Shown here one piece after another: positions 9,294 to 17,698 of a stretch of 64,000 nt of DNA; positions within the stretch are counted from its first letter, which is position 1, and each line of letters starts with the position of its first letter. Source of the DNA: Gemmatimonadota bacterium (GTDB taxonomy: Bacteria; Gemmatimonadota; Gemmatimonadetes; Gemmatimonadales; GWC2-71-9); NCBI GenBank assembly GCA_039587315.1, contig JBDHIS010000018.1, positions 218-64,217 of the forward strand. Reading direction: 5' to 3'. A model generated the notes under the pieces. It did no database searches. It was not told where the DNA came from and was given only the letters and a program-made list of their open reading frames with translations. Both the position numbers and the translations under genes were made by a program.

Positions 9294-11114
9294 CTATCGA
9301 TCTCTCAGCTCCTCGATGATCCCGGCGTCGACCCAGTAGGCGTCGTCGTTGCCGCGCCTCGAGGAGTTCAAGATAATTTGGTTGCCGTCCGGAGTGACGA
9401 GAGCGCATATCTCGTACGCCCTCGAGTTCACGGGCTCTCCCATGTTCACAGGTGCGGTCCAGTCGCCGTCGTCGTCCTTGAAGCTGATGTAGAGGTCCAC
9501 ACCGCCGACTGCATCGGGCCGCCCGTTCCCCGTGAACATGAGGTAGCTCTCGTCCGGTGCGATGAAGGGCGAACCCTCGCCAGCCTCCGTGTTGATCACC
9601 GGGCCCAGGTTCTCGGGCTCCTGCCATTCTCCGTCGACGAAGCGAGACATGTATACGTCTCCCCCGCCGAAGCCGCCGGGTGCGCCGGAGCCGAAGTAGA
9701 TGTTCCCGTTGGCCGCGACCGAGAACTGCCAGTGCATCTCGATTGTGTTGGGGCCGCCGTCGATCATGCGCGGCTCCGACCAGCCGTGCGCCGTGCGGTC
9801 CACGTACCAGATACGCTCTGCGCGCGAGCTATCGACTGGACTGGGCCGGTACGACAGGAAGAACAGGCGCTCACCGCCGGGATCGAAGAACGGCTCGCCG
9901 TCGCCGGTCGTGAACTGGGAAAACGGGACCTTTGCGGGCTCGGTCCAGCGACCCTCGTCGAGGATGGAGGTGAACAAGAGCGAGCGCGTGTAGCCCGACT
10001 CGTCGACGATGAACGAGCTCGACCAGAACGCCTCGTCTCCCTCCGGAGCGAACGCTGGTACGCAGTGCTCGAACCGGTGCGACGCGACGATGTCCAGCGC
10101 GAACGGGATCGGCTCCCGTCCTGGGCGGGGCTGCCCCATGTATGGGCCGCGCAGCACGGGGAAGTCGACGGGCGCGGTGCTCGCGCCCCGGGCCGCCAGC
10201 AGATCGACCACTTCGTCGTGGCCACCTGCCTGTGCCATGTTGAGCGCCGAGTAGCCGGCCACGCTGCGCATGTCTAGTGCCGCTCCTCGCTCGATCAGCA
10301 TTTCGGCGGCTTCCGCGTGTCCATACTCGGCCGCGTAGTGCAGCGGAGTGCGGTCATAGCGATCCAGCTCGTCCACCTCCAAGCCCCGGTCGAGCAGGAT
10401 TCCCACAATGCGGGCCGAGCCTCCCTCGGCGGCAGAGTGGAGCAGCGAGCCGCCGCTCTCATTGCGTGCCTGGAGGTCAATGTCCCCCGCGAGGAGTGTG
10501 AACAAACGCACGAGTCCCTTCTCGATGGCCATCGTCGCGAGGAAATCGGCGTCGCGCCCCGACGTGGGTACGTCGGCACCGCGGTCCAGCAGGAGATCGA
10601 CCAAGGGCGCGTGGCCGCGCCAGGCGGCCAGCTCGAGCGGCGTGGCTTCGAAGCGATCGCGGGCATTCACGTCGGCTCCACCGTCCAGCAGTATCGTCGC
10701 CGTCCGGACCTTGCCGGTCTCGCGCGCCACGAGCAGCAACGGAGTGCGGCCGTAATCCTCCTTGATGTCGGTGTCGGCGCCGCGGTCGATCAACAGCTGG
10801 ACCACCTCATCGTGACGGCGCAATGCAGCCCAATGTAGTGGGGCCTCATGATCGTAGCTCTGGGCGTTGACTTTGGCGCCCCGCTCCAGCAGGAACTCAC
10901 TCAACTCCAGGAATCCGCTACCAGCCGCGTAGTGTAGCGGCGTGCAGTCACTGTCATCGGTGCTGTTGACGAGTTCGGGGTCCTGGTCCAGCAGGCTGGA
11001 AACAGCGGCCACGTCGCCCTGTCGGGCGGCGTCATGGATGGTTTGGGATTGCGCCGATCCGGAAACTGTCGCGAGAGCCAGCGCCGCGCAGGTCGCTATG
11101 CGGTACACGTGCAT
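9294..11114 (-). CDS. Secreted ankyrin-repeat protein fused to a PD40/TolB-like beta-propeller
   Basis: Signal peptide MHVYRIATCAALALATVSGSAQS. At least 7 ankyrin repeats (TPLHYAA..G....LL..GA.VN). C-terminal half has PD40-like repeats (GEGSPFIAPDESYLMF, GGVDLYISF). Confidence 0.85.
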   Translation of the reverse strand: MHVYRIATCAALALATVSGSAQSQTIHDAARQGDVAAVSSLLDQDPELVNSTDDSDCTPLHYAAGSGFLELSEFLLERGAKVNAQSYDHEAPLHWAALRRHDEVVQLLIDRGADTDIKEDYGRTPLLLVARETGKVRTATILLDGGADVNARDRFEATPLELAAWRGHAPLVDLLLDRGADVPTSGRDADFLATMAIEKGLVRLFTLLAGDIDLQARNESGGSLLHSAAEGGSARIVGILLDRGLEVDELDRYDRTPLHYAAEYGHAEAAEMLIERGAALDMRSVAGYSALNMAQAGGHDEVVDLLAARGASTAPVDFPVLRGPYMGQPRPGREPIPFALDIVASHRFEHCVPAFAPEGDEAFWSSSFIVDESGYTRSLLFTSILDEGRWTEPAKVPFSQFTTGDGEPFFDPGGERLFFLSYRPSPVDSSRAERIWYVDRTAHGWSEPRMIDGGPNTIEMHWQFSVAANGNIYFGSGAPGGFGGGDVYMSRFVDGEWQEPENLGPVINTEAGEGSPFIAPDESYLMFTGNGRPDAVGGVDLYISFKDDDGDWTAPVNMGEPVNSRAYEICALVTPDGNQIILNSSRRGNDDAYWVDAGIIEELRDR

Positions 11115-11164
11115 CGTCCCCTCCCTTGAAATCGCAGCCGTGGAGGCGACGGCGACGTCATGGA

Positions 11165-11182
11165 GCGGCCACGAGTGGCCGC
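11165..11182. promoter_or_regulatory. 18-bp perfect palindrome GCGGCCAC-GA-GTGGCCGC in a divergent intergenic region
   Basis: Seen directly between the ankyrin gene start (11114) and the 11303 ORF. Candidate operator; no known family assigned. Confidence 0.3.
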
Positions 11183-11302
11183 TTCAAGTACGCGCCAGGG
11201 CTTGAATTGGTTCCGAAATGGCACCCTAGCGGAACGGGGCAAAATGGGATAAAACAGGATAGCAGCTGTCACGATAACTGCGCCCGCGTGGCGGTGGAGA
11301 TC

Positions 11303-11701
11303 ATGGTCGAAACTAACGCTACGGACTATAACGACGGACTACGTCGCTTTCTCGATGACCTCAGGTCGGAGGGGGATCGCCGCTGCGGGCGCGAGCGCCG
11401 TCGCGGCGAGCGCAGAGTGGCCAACGTCCCCGTGCTGCACGAGCGGCGATCGGGCAGAGACCGGCGCGCGACCGCGGAACGGCGCATCAGCTACGATCGC
11501 CGCCGCCCGCAGGTGGAGCAGTTCACGCTTGCAGAGAGCCGGCTGATCCGGGAGATGGTGGACCACCCGGAGCGTGAGGCTGCCTGCCCGCAGTGCGAGG
11601 CCCGCCTGCTGCTCGGACCTGCCGAGACGCATGCGGGGGTGCGGATGCAGGACGTGGTCTGCACCGGCTGCCGCAGAAGCACGCTGCTTGTGGACGGCTA
11701 A
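11303..11701 (+). CDS. Hypothetical Arg-rich protein with C-terminal CxxC...CxxC zinc-ribbon
   Basis: ATG at 11303 follows GGTGGAGA. Repeated ERR/DRR motifs (GRERRRGERR, ERRSGRDRR, AERRISYDRRR), then CPQCEA...CTGC. High GC3. Confidence 0.5.
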   Translation: MVETNATDYNDGLRRFLDDLRSEGDRRCGRERRRGERRVANVPVLHERRSGRDRRATAERRISYDRRRPQVEQFTLAESRLIREMVDHPEREAACPQCEARLLLGPAETHAGVRMQDVVCTGCRRSTLLVDG

Positions 11702-11761
11702 CCGATCACAGCACCTTCCCTCCGCACCGAGCTCCTCGCCGGCGCCACCACTTTCCTCACG

Positions 11762-13087
11762 ATGGCGTACATCATCTTCGTGCAGCCTGCCGTGCTGTCG
11801 GGATCGATGTTCGGCCAGGATACCGGAATGGACTTCGGGGCGGTCACCACGGCCACCTGCCTCGCCGCCGCTCTGGCCACCGCCATCATGGGGCTGTACG
11901 CGCGCTATCCGGTTGCACTCGCTCCCGGGATGGGCCAGAACTTCTTCTTCGTGTTCAGCGCAATTCCGGTGGCGGCCGCGGCAGGCGCCGCGGAGCCCTG
12001 GCGTGTGGCGCTGGGTGCCGTGTTCGTCGCCGGCGTGCTGTTTCTGCTCATCACCCTCGTCGGTATCCGCGAGAAGTTGATGGACGCCGTGAGTCCCAGC
12101 ATGAAGCAGGGATTGGCGGTGGGCATCGGCCTCTTTATCGCCTTCATCGGCCTCAAGAACGCGCAGGTGGTGATCGGCGATCCCGGCACGCTCGTCAAGC
12201 TGAACCCCGCACTGGTTTCGCCCGACGTTGTTGTGTCTGCGATTGGCTTTCTCGTGGCGGCGATCCTCTACGCCCGCAGAACGCCGGGGGCGATCATCTG
12301 GGGCATTGGCGCGGCGCTGGGAACGGCTCTCGTGTTCAAGCTGATGTTGCCGCTCGTCCCCGCGGTGTCCGCCTCGCCCCTCGTGAGCGAGTCGCTGCTG
12401 TGGCAGCGCTTCGAGCTCGCCAGCGGCGTGATGTCGCTGCCGCCATCCATGGGGCCGACACTGTTTCGGATGGACATTCTCGGCGCGCTCACCGCGTCCG
12501 TGATTCCGATCGTCGTGATCTTCCTGTTCATGGACGTGTTCGACACGATGGGCACCCTCATCGCGGTCGGGCAGGAAGCGGATCTACTCAAAGAGAACAA
12601 GCTGGTACGTGGCGAGCGCGCGATGCTGTCGGACGCAGTGGGGACCGTGGCCGGTGCGGCGCTGGGCACCAGCACGGTCACGAGCTACATCGAGAGCGCT
12701 GCCGGCATCGAGCAGGGCGGTCGCTCCGGGCTCACCGCAATTACGGTGGCCGGGCTCTTCCTGCTCGCGCTGTTCTTCTATCCGCTGATCGCGATGGTGG
12801 GGAGCTATCCGCCGATCACCGCACCCGCACTCGTGCTCGTGGGCGCGCTCATGGTTCGCAATGTCACGCGGATCGAATGGACCGACTACACGGAGGGGAT
12901 CCCGGCGTTTCTTACGATGATCGGCATCCCGCTGGCGCATTCGATCGCTGACGGACTAGCGCTCGGTCTGATCTCTTATCCGGTGATCAAGCTACTCAGC
13001 GGGAGGGGGCGCGAGCTCAACTGGACCATGGTGGGTGTGGCGGTACTGCTCGTACTGTATTTCGTGCTGGTGCGGACCCGAATGTAG
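11762..13087 (+). CDS. NCS2 family nucleobase permease (AzgA / adenine-guanine-hypoxanthine type)
   Basis: TMAYIIFVQPAVL... and C-terminal TSYIESAAGIEQGGRSGLTA motifs, with many TM segments. The conserved N-terminal motif RTELLAGATTFLT lies upstream of the first ATG, so the 5' boundary is uncertain (see findings). Confidence 0.88.
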   Translation: MAYIIFVQPAVLSGSMFGQDTGMDFGAVTTATCLAAALATAIMGLYARYPVALAPGMGQNFFFVFSAIPVAAAAGAAEPWRVALGAVFVAGVLFLLITLVGIREKLMDAVSPSMKQGLAVGIGLFIAFIGLKNAQVVIGDPGTLVKLNPALVSPDVVVSAIGFLVAAILYARRTPGAIIWGIGAALGTALVFKLMLPLVPAVSASPLVSESLLWQRFELASGVMSLPPSMGPTLFRMDILGALTASVIPIVVIFLFMDVFDTMGTLIAVGQEADLLKENKLVRGERAMLSDAVGTVAGAALGTSTVTSYIESAAGIEQGGRSGLTAITVAGLFLLALFFYPLIAMVGSYPPITAPALVLVGALMVRNVTRIEWTDYTEGIPAFLTMIGIPLAHSIADGLALGLISYPVIKLLSGRGRELNWTMVGVAVLLVLYFVLVRTRM

Positions 13088-13097
13088 CGCGGACCGC

Positions 13098-13859
13098 TCA
13101 GCTTCCCTTCTCGAGCGTTTGCTCCACGTACTCCCGAATCGCAGCATGCGTTTCGGGATCTTTCCATCCCTTTAGCACTTCTCGGTCTATGTGGGTTGCC
13201 TGGCGCTCGATGCGGTCCAGGCTGGGGGCTCTGAGCTGGAGCTTGGTGAGGCCGAATCGTGCGGCCGGCATCGCGCCCAGTTTTCCGGCGACTTCGAGCG
13301 CCCGATCGAGCAGTGCATCCTGCTCGCCTATTTCGTCTATCAACCCGACCCTGAAAGCCTCTTCCGCGGTGTAACTGCGGCCCAGGTACACCAGCTCCTG
13401 CAGATGCTGCGTGGATGCCGCGAACCGCAGGATCTCGATCGCGACCACGGGGAAGGGGATCCCCACCCGCAGCTCGGGCACTCCGATCTTGCCCTTACCG
13501 TCGGTCATGATGCGGTAGTCGGCTGCGGCCGCGAAGACGGCACCCCCAGCAATAGCGTGGCCGTTGATGGCGGCTACCACGGGTCTCGGGAACACGAACA
13601 GGCGGTAGAAACAGCGCGTCAGTGCCTTGAAGAAGCGATCCAGATACTCTTCACCGCCGTCCAGGAAGCGGTATAGATCTACGCCCGCGGAGAAGATCGA
13701 ACCGCTGCCGGTGATCACCACGGCGCTCGGCGTCTCCGCGCTGCGGATGGCGTCGATCTCATCGGCCAGCGCCGTCACGAGCTCGGCGTCGAGGGCATTG
13801 GCCTTGCCGTGCTCGACGCGGATTACGGCAACGGAGTCGCGGTCCTCGCGCTGTATCAT
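13098..13859 (-). CDS. Enoyl-CoA hydratase/isomerase (crotonase) family protein
   Basis: VAVIRVEHGKANALD...VVITGSGSIFSAGVDL...INGHAIAGGAVFAAAADYRIM. 4-nt overlap with the upstream gene. Confidence 0.88.
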   Translation of the reverse strand: MIQREDRDSVAVIRVEHGKANALDAELVTALADEIDAIRSAETPSAVVITGSGSIFSAGVDLYRFLDGGEEYLDRFFKALTRCFYRLFVFPRPVVAAINGHAIAGGAVFAAAADYRIMTDGKGKIGVPELRVGIPFPVVAIEILRFAASTQHLQELVYLGRSYTAEEAFRVGLIDEIGEQDALLDRALEVAGKLGAMPAARFGLTKLQLRAPSLDRIERQATHIDREVLKGWKDPETHAAIREYVEQTLEKGS

Positions 13860-14761
13860 GTCGCTCCCTGGTACTCGTTCACGACTTCACGCACCGCTCG
13901 AGTGTGATCGGGCGTAGTGCCGCAGCAGCCACCGATGATCGAGACGCCAGCAGCGATGAGCCGTCTCGCTCTGTCGGCCGTGAACTCCGGGGTCTCGGAG
14001 TAGACTGCCTTTCCATCCTCGAACTCGGGCAAGCCGGCGTTGGGCTGTATGATGATCGGCAGGTCGCTGACGCGGCGGAACTCCTCTGCGATCCGGACCA
14101 TCACCTCGATGCCGTTGCCGCAGTTGGACCCGATCGCGTCGGCACCGGCGTCGGCGAGTCCCGCCGCCGCGGCCTCCACGCTTACACCCATGACTGTGAA
14201 GAAGCCTCTGGGCGTTTCGTCAAACGTCATCGTCGCCGTAACGGGCGTCTCCGGTGAGACCTCCTTCGCCGCCCGGACTGCCGACGTCGCCTCGGTAAGG
14301 TCGAGCATCGTCTCGACGCAGACGCAATCGACTCCGGCGTCCGCGAGCCACTGCATCTGAGCCTTGAAGTTCTCGTAAACGTCCGGCGGCTCGGTGTCGC
14401 CGTGCGGTGTGAGCATGCGGCCACTCGGTCCGACCGACCCTGCTACGTACGCCTTGCCCGCGACGGCCCGTCTAACGGCAACCACCGCCTCACGGTTCAA
14501 CTCCTCGGCGCGGTGCGCCAAACCGTAGGGCTCGAGCCGCATGGGAGAAGCACCGAAGGTGTTGGTCTCGACCATGTCGGCGCCGGCGACCACGTACAGC
14601 CGGGCGACCTCCTCGAGCACTTCGGGGTGCGACAACGTGAACGACTCGGGAGCGGTTCCGGGCTCGAGGCCCCTCTCCTGCAACATGGTTCCGGTCGCCC
14701 CGTCCACCAGGAGAACGGCGCCTGATGCCAGCCGGATCGAGAGCGGCTCCACGCTACGCAC
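13856..14761 (-). CDS. Homocysteine S-methyltransferase domain protein (stand-alone MetH Hcy-binding module)
   Basis: LLVDGATGTMLQ, ETNTFGA, zinc-ligand cysteines in GSNCG and GGCCGTTPDH. 301 aa. Confidence 0.85.
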   Translation of the reverse strand: MRSVEPLSIRLASGAVLLVDGATGTMLQERGLEPGTAPESFTLSHPEVLEEVARLYVVAGADMVETNTFGASPMRLEPYGLAHRAEELNREAVVAVRRAVAGKAYVAGSVGPSGRMLTPHGDTEPPDVYENFKAQMQWLADAGVDCVCVETMLDLTEATSAVRAAKEVSPETPVTATMTFDETPRGFFTVMGVSVEAAAAGLADAGADAIGSNCGNGIEVMVRIAEEFRRVSDLPIIIQPNAGLPEFEDGKAVYSETPEFTADRARRLIAAGVSIIGGCCGTTPDHTRAVREVVNEYQGAT

Positions 14762-15389
14762 CGACCAGTTGCTTCACGCGATCTACTGCGTTGGCGGCGT
14801 CGAACCCGTACGCGTCCGCGCCGATGCCCTGCGCAAAATCCTCCGAAACGGGCGCTCCGCCCACGATCGTCTTGATCTTGCCGGCTAGCTTCTTTTGCTT
14901 GAGCAGCTCGACCACCTCGCCCATTACCGGCATCGTCGTGGTGAGCAGCGCCGACATCCCGATCACGGCGGCGTCCTGCTCCTTGGCGGCTTGCACCATG
15001 TCTTCGGGGCTCACGTCGCGTCCCAGGTCGATCACGTCGAAGCCCGCTCCCTTCAGCATTATGCCCACGAGGTTCTTGCCGATGTCGTGTAGGTCGCCGC
15101 GAACGGTGCATATCACGACCCGTCCGATGGATGGAACGCCCTCCTCGATGAGCAACGGCTTGAGCAGGTCCAAGCCGGCGTACATGGCCTTCGCGGCCAG
15201 AAGCACGTCCGGTAGGAAGATCTCATGTGCCTTGAAGCGCTGGCCCACGACGTTCATGCCGGCGATCAGTCCGCCATCCAGTATCTCCTTCGGGGGTGTG
15301 CGCTGTTCGATCACCTGCTGCGTGAGCCGAGCAACCTGCTCGTCGTCGCCGGTGATGACGGCCTCTGCGATCTGGTCGAGCAATCCCAT
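14754..15389 (-). CDS. Cobalamin-binding corrinoid protein (B12-binding cap plus Rossmann domains)
   Basis: The start at 15389 (MGLLDQ...) gives 211 aa. DxHxxG motif (GDLHDIGKN), SxL (MSALLTT), GG (IVGGAP). The upstream part of ORF 14754..15668 overlaps the neighbouring gene and is not coding. Confidence 0.9.
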   Translation of the reverse strand: MGLLDQIAEAVITGDDEQVARLTQQVIEQRTPPKEILDGGLIAGMNVVGQRFKAHEIFLPDVLLAAKAMYAGLDLLKPLLIEEGVPSIGRVVICTVRGDLHDIGKNLVGIMLKGAGFDVIDLGRDVSPEDMVQAAKEQDAAVIGMSALLTTTMPVMGEVVELLKQKKLAGKIKTIVGGAPVSEDFAQGIGADAYGFDAANAVDRVKQLVGA

Positions 15390-15394
15390 ATGGC

Positions 15395-16108
15395 TCACTC
15401 CGCGAACAGCGCCCGAATCCTGTCCCGACACTCGTGCGTCTTGCACTCGCGACAGAAGGGATACGAGGCGGCAAACTTGTGGACGTCCCGGTGTGCCGCG
15501 ATGATGACTCCGGAGACGGACTTGAGCGGTTGCATCAGGAAGCTGTTGGTCAACGTGACGCCGATCTTCTCGGGGCCGAGATGGTCGAACAGCTTGCGCT
15601 GGCCGCTGACGTGCCATCCGCAGTAGCCTGGACTGTAGCGCAGCACACCGCCGTCTGATCGACCCCACCGTTCGCCGCGCAGCACCTCACCGTAGCGCCG
15701 CTCGGCCAGTTCTGCCGCGTTCTCGGCTGCGGCGGAGGCCGCGGAATCCAGCATCGCCGCGAGCGCAAAGTCGTTCTCGTCGAACAGCCGCGCGATCTCC
15801 TCGCCCGGGCGCTCGCCGATCGTGACCGTGAAGAGCGCCAGATGATCGGCGCGCTCGAAGATCCCTCCCACGGGCGTTTCAGGATCATTGCGGCCCACTC
15901 CCTCGTACACCTTCCCGAAGTCGTCGGCCGAAATCTCTCCGGTAATACCGGCGGGCGCCGCAGTACTGGCGAGAAGGGCAAGTGCGTGCTCGCAGATGGT
16001 GTCTGCGGGACCGCTTACCGTGATGCCGGGAGGGATGCCCTGGTTCTCGAACACGGCTTCCCTGGTCGGCATGACCTCGTCGGGTGAGAAGGTGAAGGTC
16101 TCGGTCAT
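15395..16108 (-). CDS. Methionine synthase activation (AdoMet/reactivation) domain-like protein
   Basis: ATGA overlap with the mttB stop (16105-16108). C-terminal RYSPGYCGW...KLFDHL...IGVTLTNSFLMQPLKSVSGVI matches the conserved R.APGYP.C...LF.LL...IGV.LTES.AM.P.ASVSG pattern of the MetH activation module. Confidence 0.7.
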   Translation of the reverse strand: MTETFTFSPDEVMPTREAVFENQGIPPGITVSGPADTICEHALALLASTAAPAGITGEISADDFGKVYEGVGRNDPETPVGGIFERADHLALFTVTIGERPGEEIARLFDENDFALAAMLDSAASAAAENAAELAERRYGEVLRGERWGRSDGGVLRYSPGYCGWHVSGQRKLFDHLGPEKIGVTLTNSFLMQPLKSVSGVIIAAHRDVHKFAASYPFCRECKTHECRDRIRALFAE

Positions 16109-17565
16109 GAACTCATAGAGGGGAGAGACTCCATGCCGAAGCCCCGCGCCTCGGCCAGCATCAGCGCGGTCAGCTCCGCTCTCACCTCGCCGGACAGCGG
16201 CGGCGTCTCGTACTGGGCGATGAGGCGCTCCGCCTCGGAGTGCGCGCGCTCCGAGAGCGTCGTCGCGCCCTCCTCCTGCCAGCGCGAGCGGTTCGCCCGG
16301 TCGATGACCGGCCCTGGGAAGTAGTGTTCCTCCCTGAGGTAGCGCCGGGTGTGCTTTGAGATCAGCAGGTGACCCTCGGCCATCAACTCCTGGAACCGCT
16401 CCAGAGCGGGGAAGTCGTCCTTCGGCTCGATTCCCTGTATGACACGGAGGGCGAGCCCGCAGATCTCGTTGTCCAGGATCAGCTTCTCGAGGCTGAAGCA
16501 ACTCTCGAAGTCGAGCATGCCGGGGCCGGAGATGCTGTTGATCCCGGCCAGGGCCGCCAGCGTGGCGCCCATGGACGTCTCCAGCCCGGTCTGCGCGTCA
16601 AGCAGCTTCGCGTCGCTCAGCGCCATGTACGCCTGTGTCGGCAGACCGAGGAACTTGCCGATCTCGTTGTAGGCGCAGTCGATCATCATGGTCTCGGCCG
16701 CGCCCATCGGAGTGGTCTCGTAGCGCACGTCGAACGCAGCCGGGGACCCACCGTAGAGCGCCGGAGTACCGGGGTTGGACAGCTGGCTGATGACGATTCC
16801 ACTCAACGTCTCGGCAGTGTGCTGCACGATGCTGCCGACGAGGGTAACGGGAGACACGAAACCAGTCAGCGGCATGGATACGTACTCCACGGGAATGGAG
16901 TACCTTGCGCAGTCCACGACGTTCTGCGATGTGACGTCGCTCCACTTGAGCGGCGCAGTAGGACAGCAGGAGAACACGGCCAGCGGCCTGGCGCGGAGTT
17001 CGTGCTCCGATCCGCGCACGGCAAGCAGCAGGTCCTTCATCACGTTGAAGGCATCGATCGTGAACGCGCCCGTGACCACCGGCTTGTGGCCGAACATGAG
17101 ACTGAGGTACAGGCGGTAGCTGTCGGAGATGTTCGCGTGCACGTCGGCGGGAACCAGCGCCGTACTCTGCGATGGCAGGTGCGCCAGCTGCGTCACCACC
17201 TTCACGTACGCTACGTAATCCGCGGTCGTGGGTGTGCGGACCGACTGGGAGCCGTGCTCGAGGACATTGATTGCCGCGGAACCCGGCGTGAAGTGCACGT
17301 TGTGGCCCGAGAGATCGTGTGTCTCGATGCCGGACTGATCGTAGAGACGGAAGCCGGAAGGAGCGGTACCGAGCGCCTTGTCGATCATGTCGTCGGTGAA
17401 GAAGGCGCGACTCGAACCCGCATCCACTCGGGCGCCGTGGTCCGACAGCAGGGAGAGAACTCCTGGGTTGTGGATCTCCACGCCCAACGTGCGCAGGAGA
17501 TCCCGCGCCTCGGCGACGATGGTCTCGATGAGTTGATCGCTCAGGAACCTGACACTGGGTCTCAT
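16105..17565 (-). CDS. MttB-family (trimethylamine methyltransferase superfamily) methyltransferase, non-pyrrolysine type
   Basis: The 486-aa sequence MRPSVRFLSDQLIETIVAEARDLLRTLGVEIHNPGVLSLL... has length and N-terminus typical of MttB homologues. There is no in-frame TAG. Confidence 0.88.
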   Translation of the reverse strand: MRPSVRFLSDQLIETIVAEARDLLRTLGVEIHNPGVLSLLSDHGARVDAGSSRAFFTDDMIDKALGTAPSGFRLYDQSGIETHDLSGHNVHFTPGSAAINVLEHGSQSVRTPTTADYVAYVKVVTQLAHLPSQSTALVPADVHANISDSYRLYLSLMFGHKPVVTGAFTIDAFNVMKDLLLAVRGSEHELRARPLAVFSCCPTAPLKWSDVTSQNVVDCARYSIPVEYVSMPLTGFVSPVTLVGSIVQHTAETLSGIVISQLSNPGTPALYGGSPAAFDVRYETTPMGAAETMMIDCAYNEIGKFLGLPTQAYMALSDAKLLDAQTGLETSMGATLAALAGINSISGPGMLDFESCFSLEKLILDNEICGLALRVIQGIEPKDDFPALERFQELMAEGHLLISKHTRRYLREEHYFPGPVIDRANRSRWQEEGATTLSERAHSEAERLIAQYETPPLSGEVRAELTALMLAEARGFGMESLPSMSS

Positions 17566-17698
17566 TAGCGAGCTCCTAAAGCCACGAAAGCGGCCCCCGA
17601 ATGTGTATCAATGTGGCACGGTGGTCTAGTCCCTGGCACACCCGTGAGCGCGGGTTAGAGTTGACGCATCCTCAGGACAGCTCTTCGAAGGGGGTACG

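Noticed and set aside
11219-11233. Sigma54-like TGGCAC-N5 element upstream of the 11303 ORF
   Set aside because: The -24 part (TGGCAC) matches, but the -12 part reads CGGA instead of TTGC (GC dinucleotide not in register). A single weak hit is not enough.
14497-15668. ORFs 14497..15111-, 14725..15504+ and the 5' extension of 14754..15668-
   Set aside because: They overlap the well-supported corrinoid protein and Hcy-methyltransferase genes in other frames or strands and have Arg/Ser/Pro-rich translations. The corrinoid start at 15389 fits the expected 211-aa size and leaves a 5-nt gap to the upstream gene.
16105-17565. Possibility of a pyrrolysine (in-frame TAG) trimethylamine methyltransferase
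   Set aside because: The ORF is uninterrupted for 486 codons with no internal TAG, and no pyl genes are seen nearby. It is therefore treated as a non-Pyl MttB-family member.
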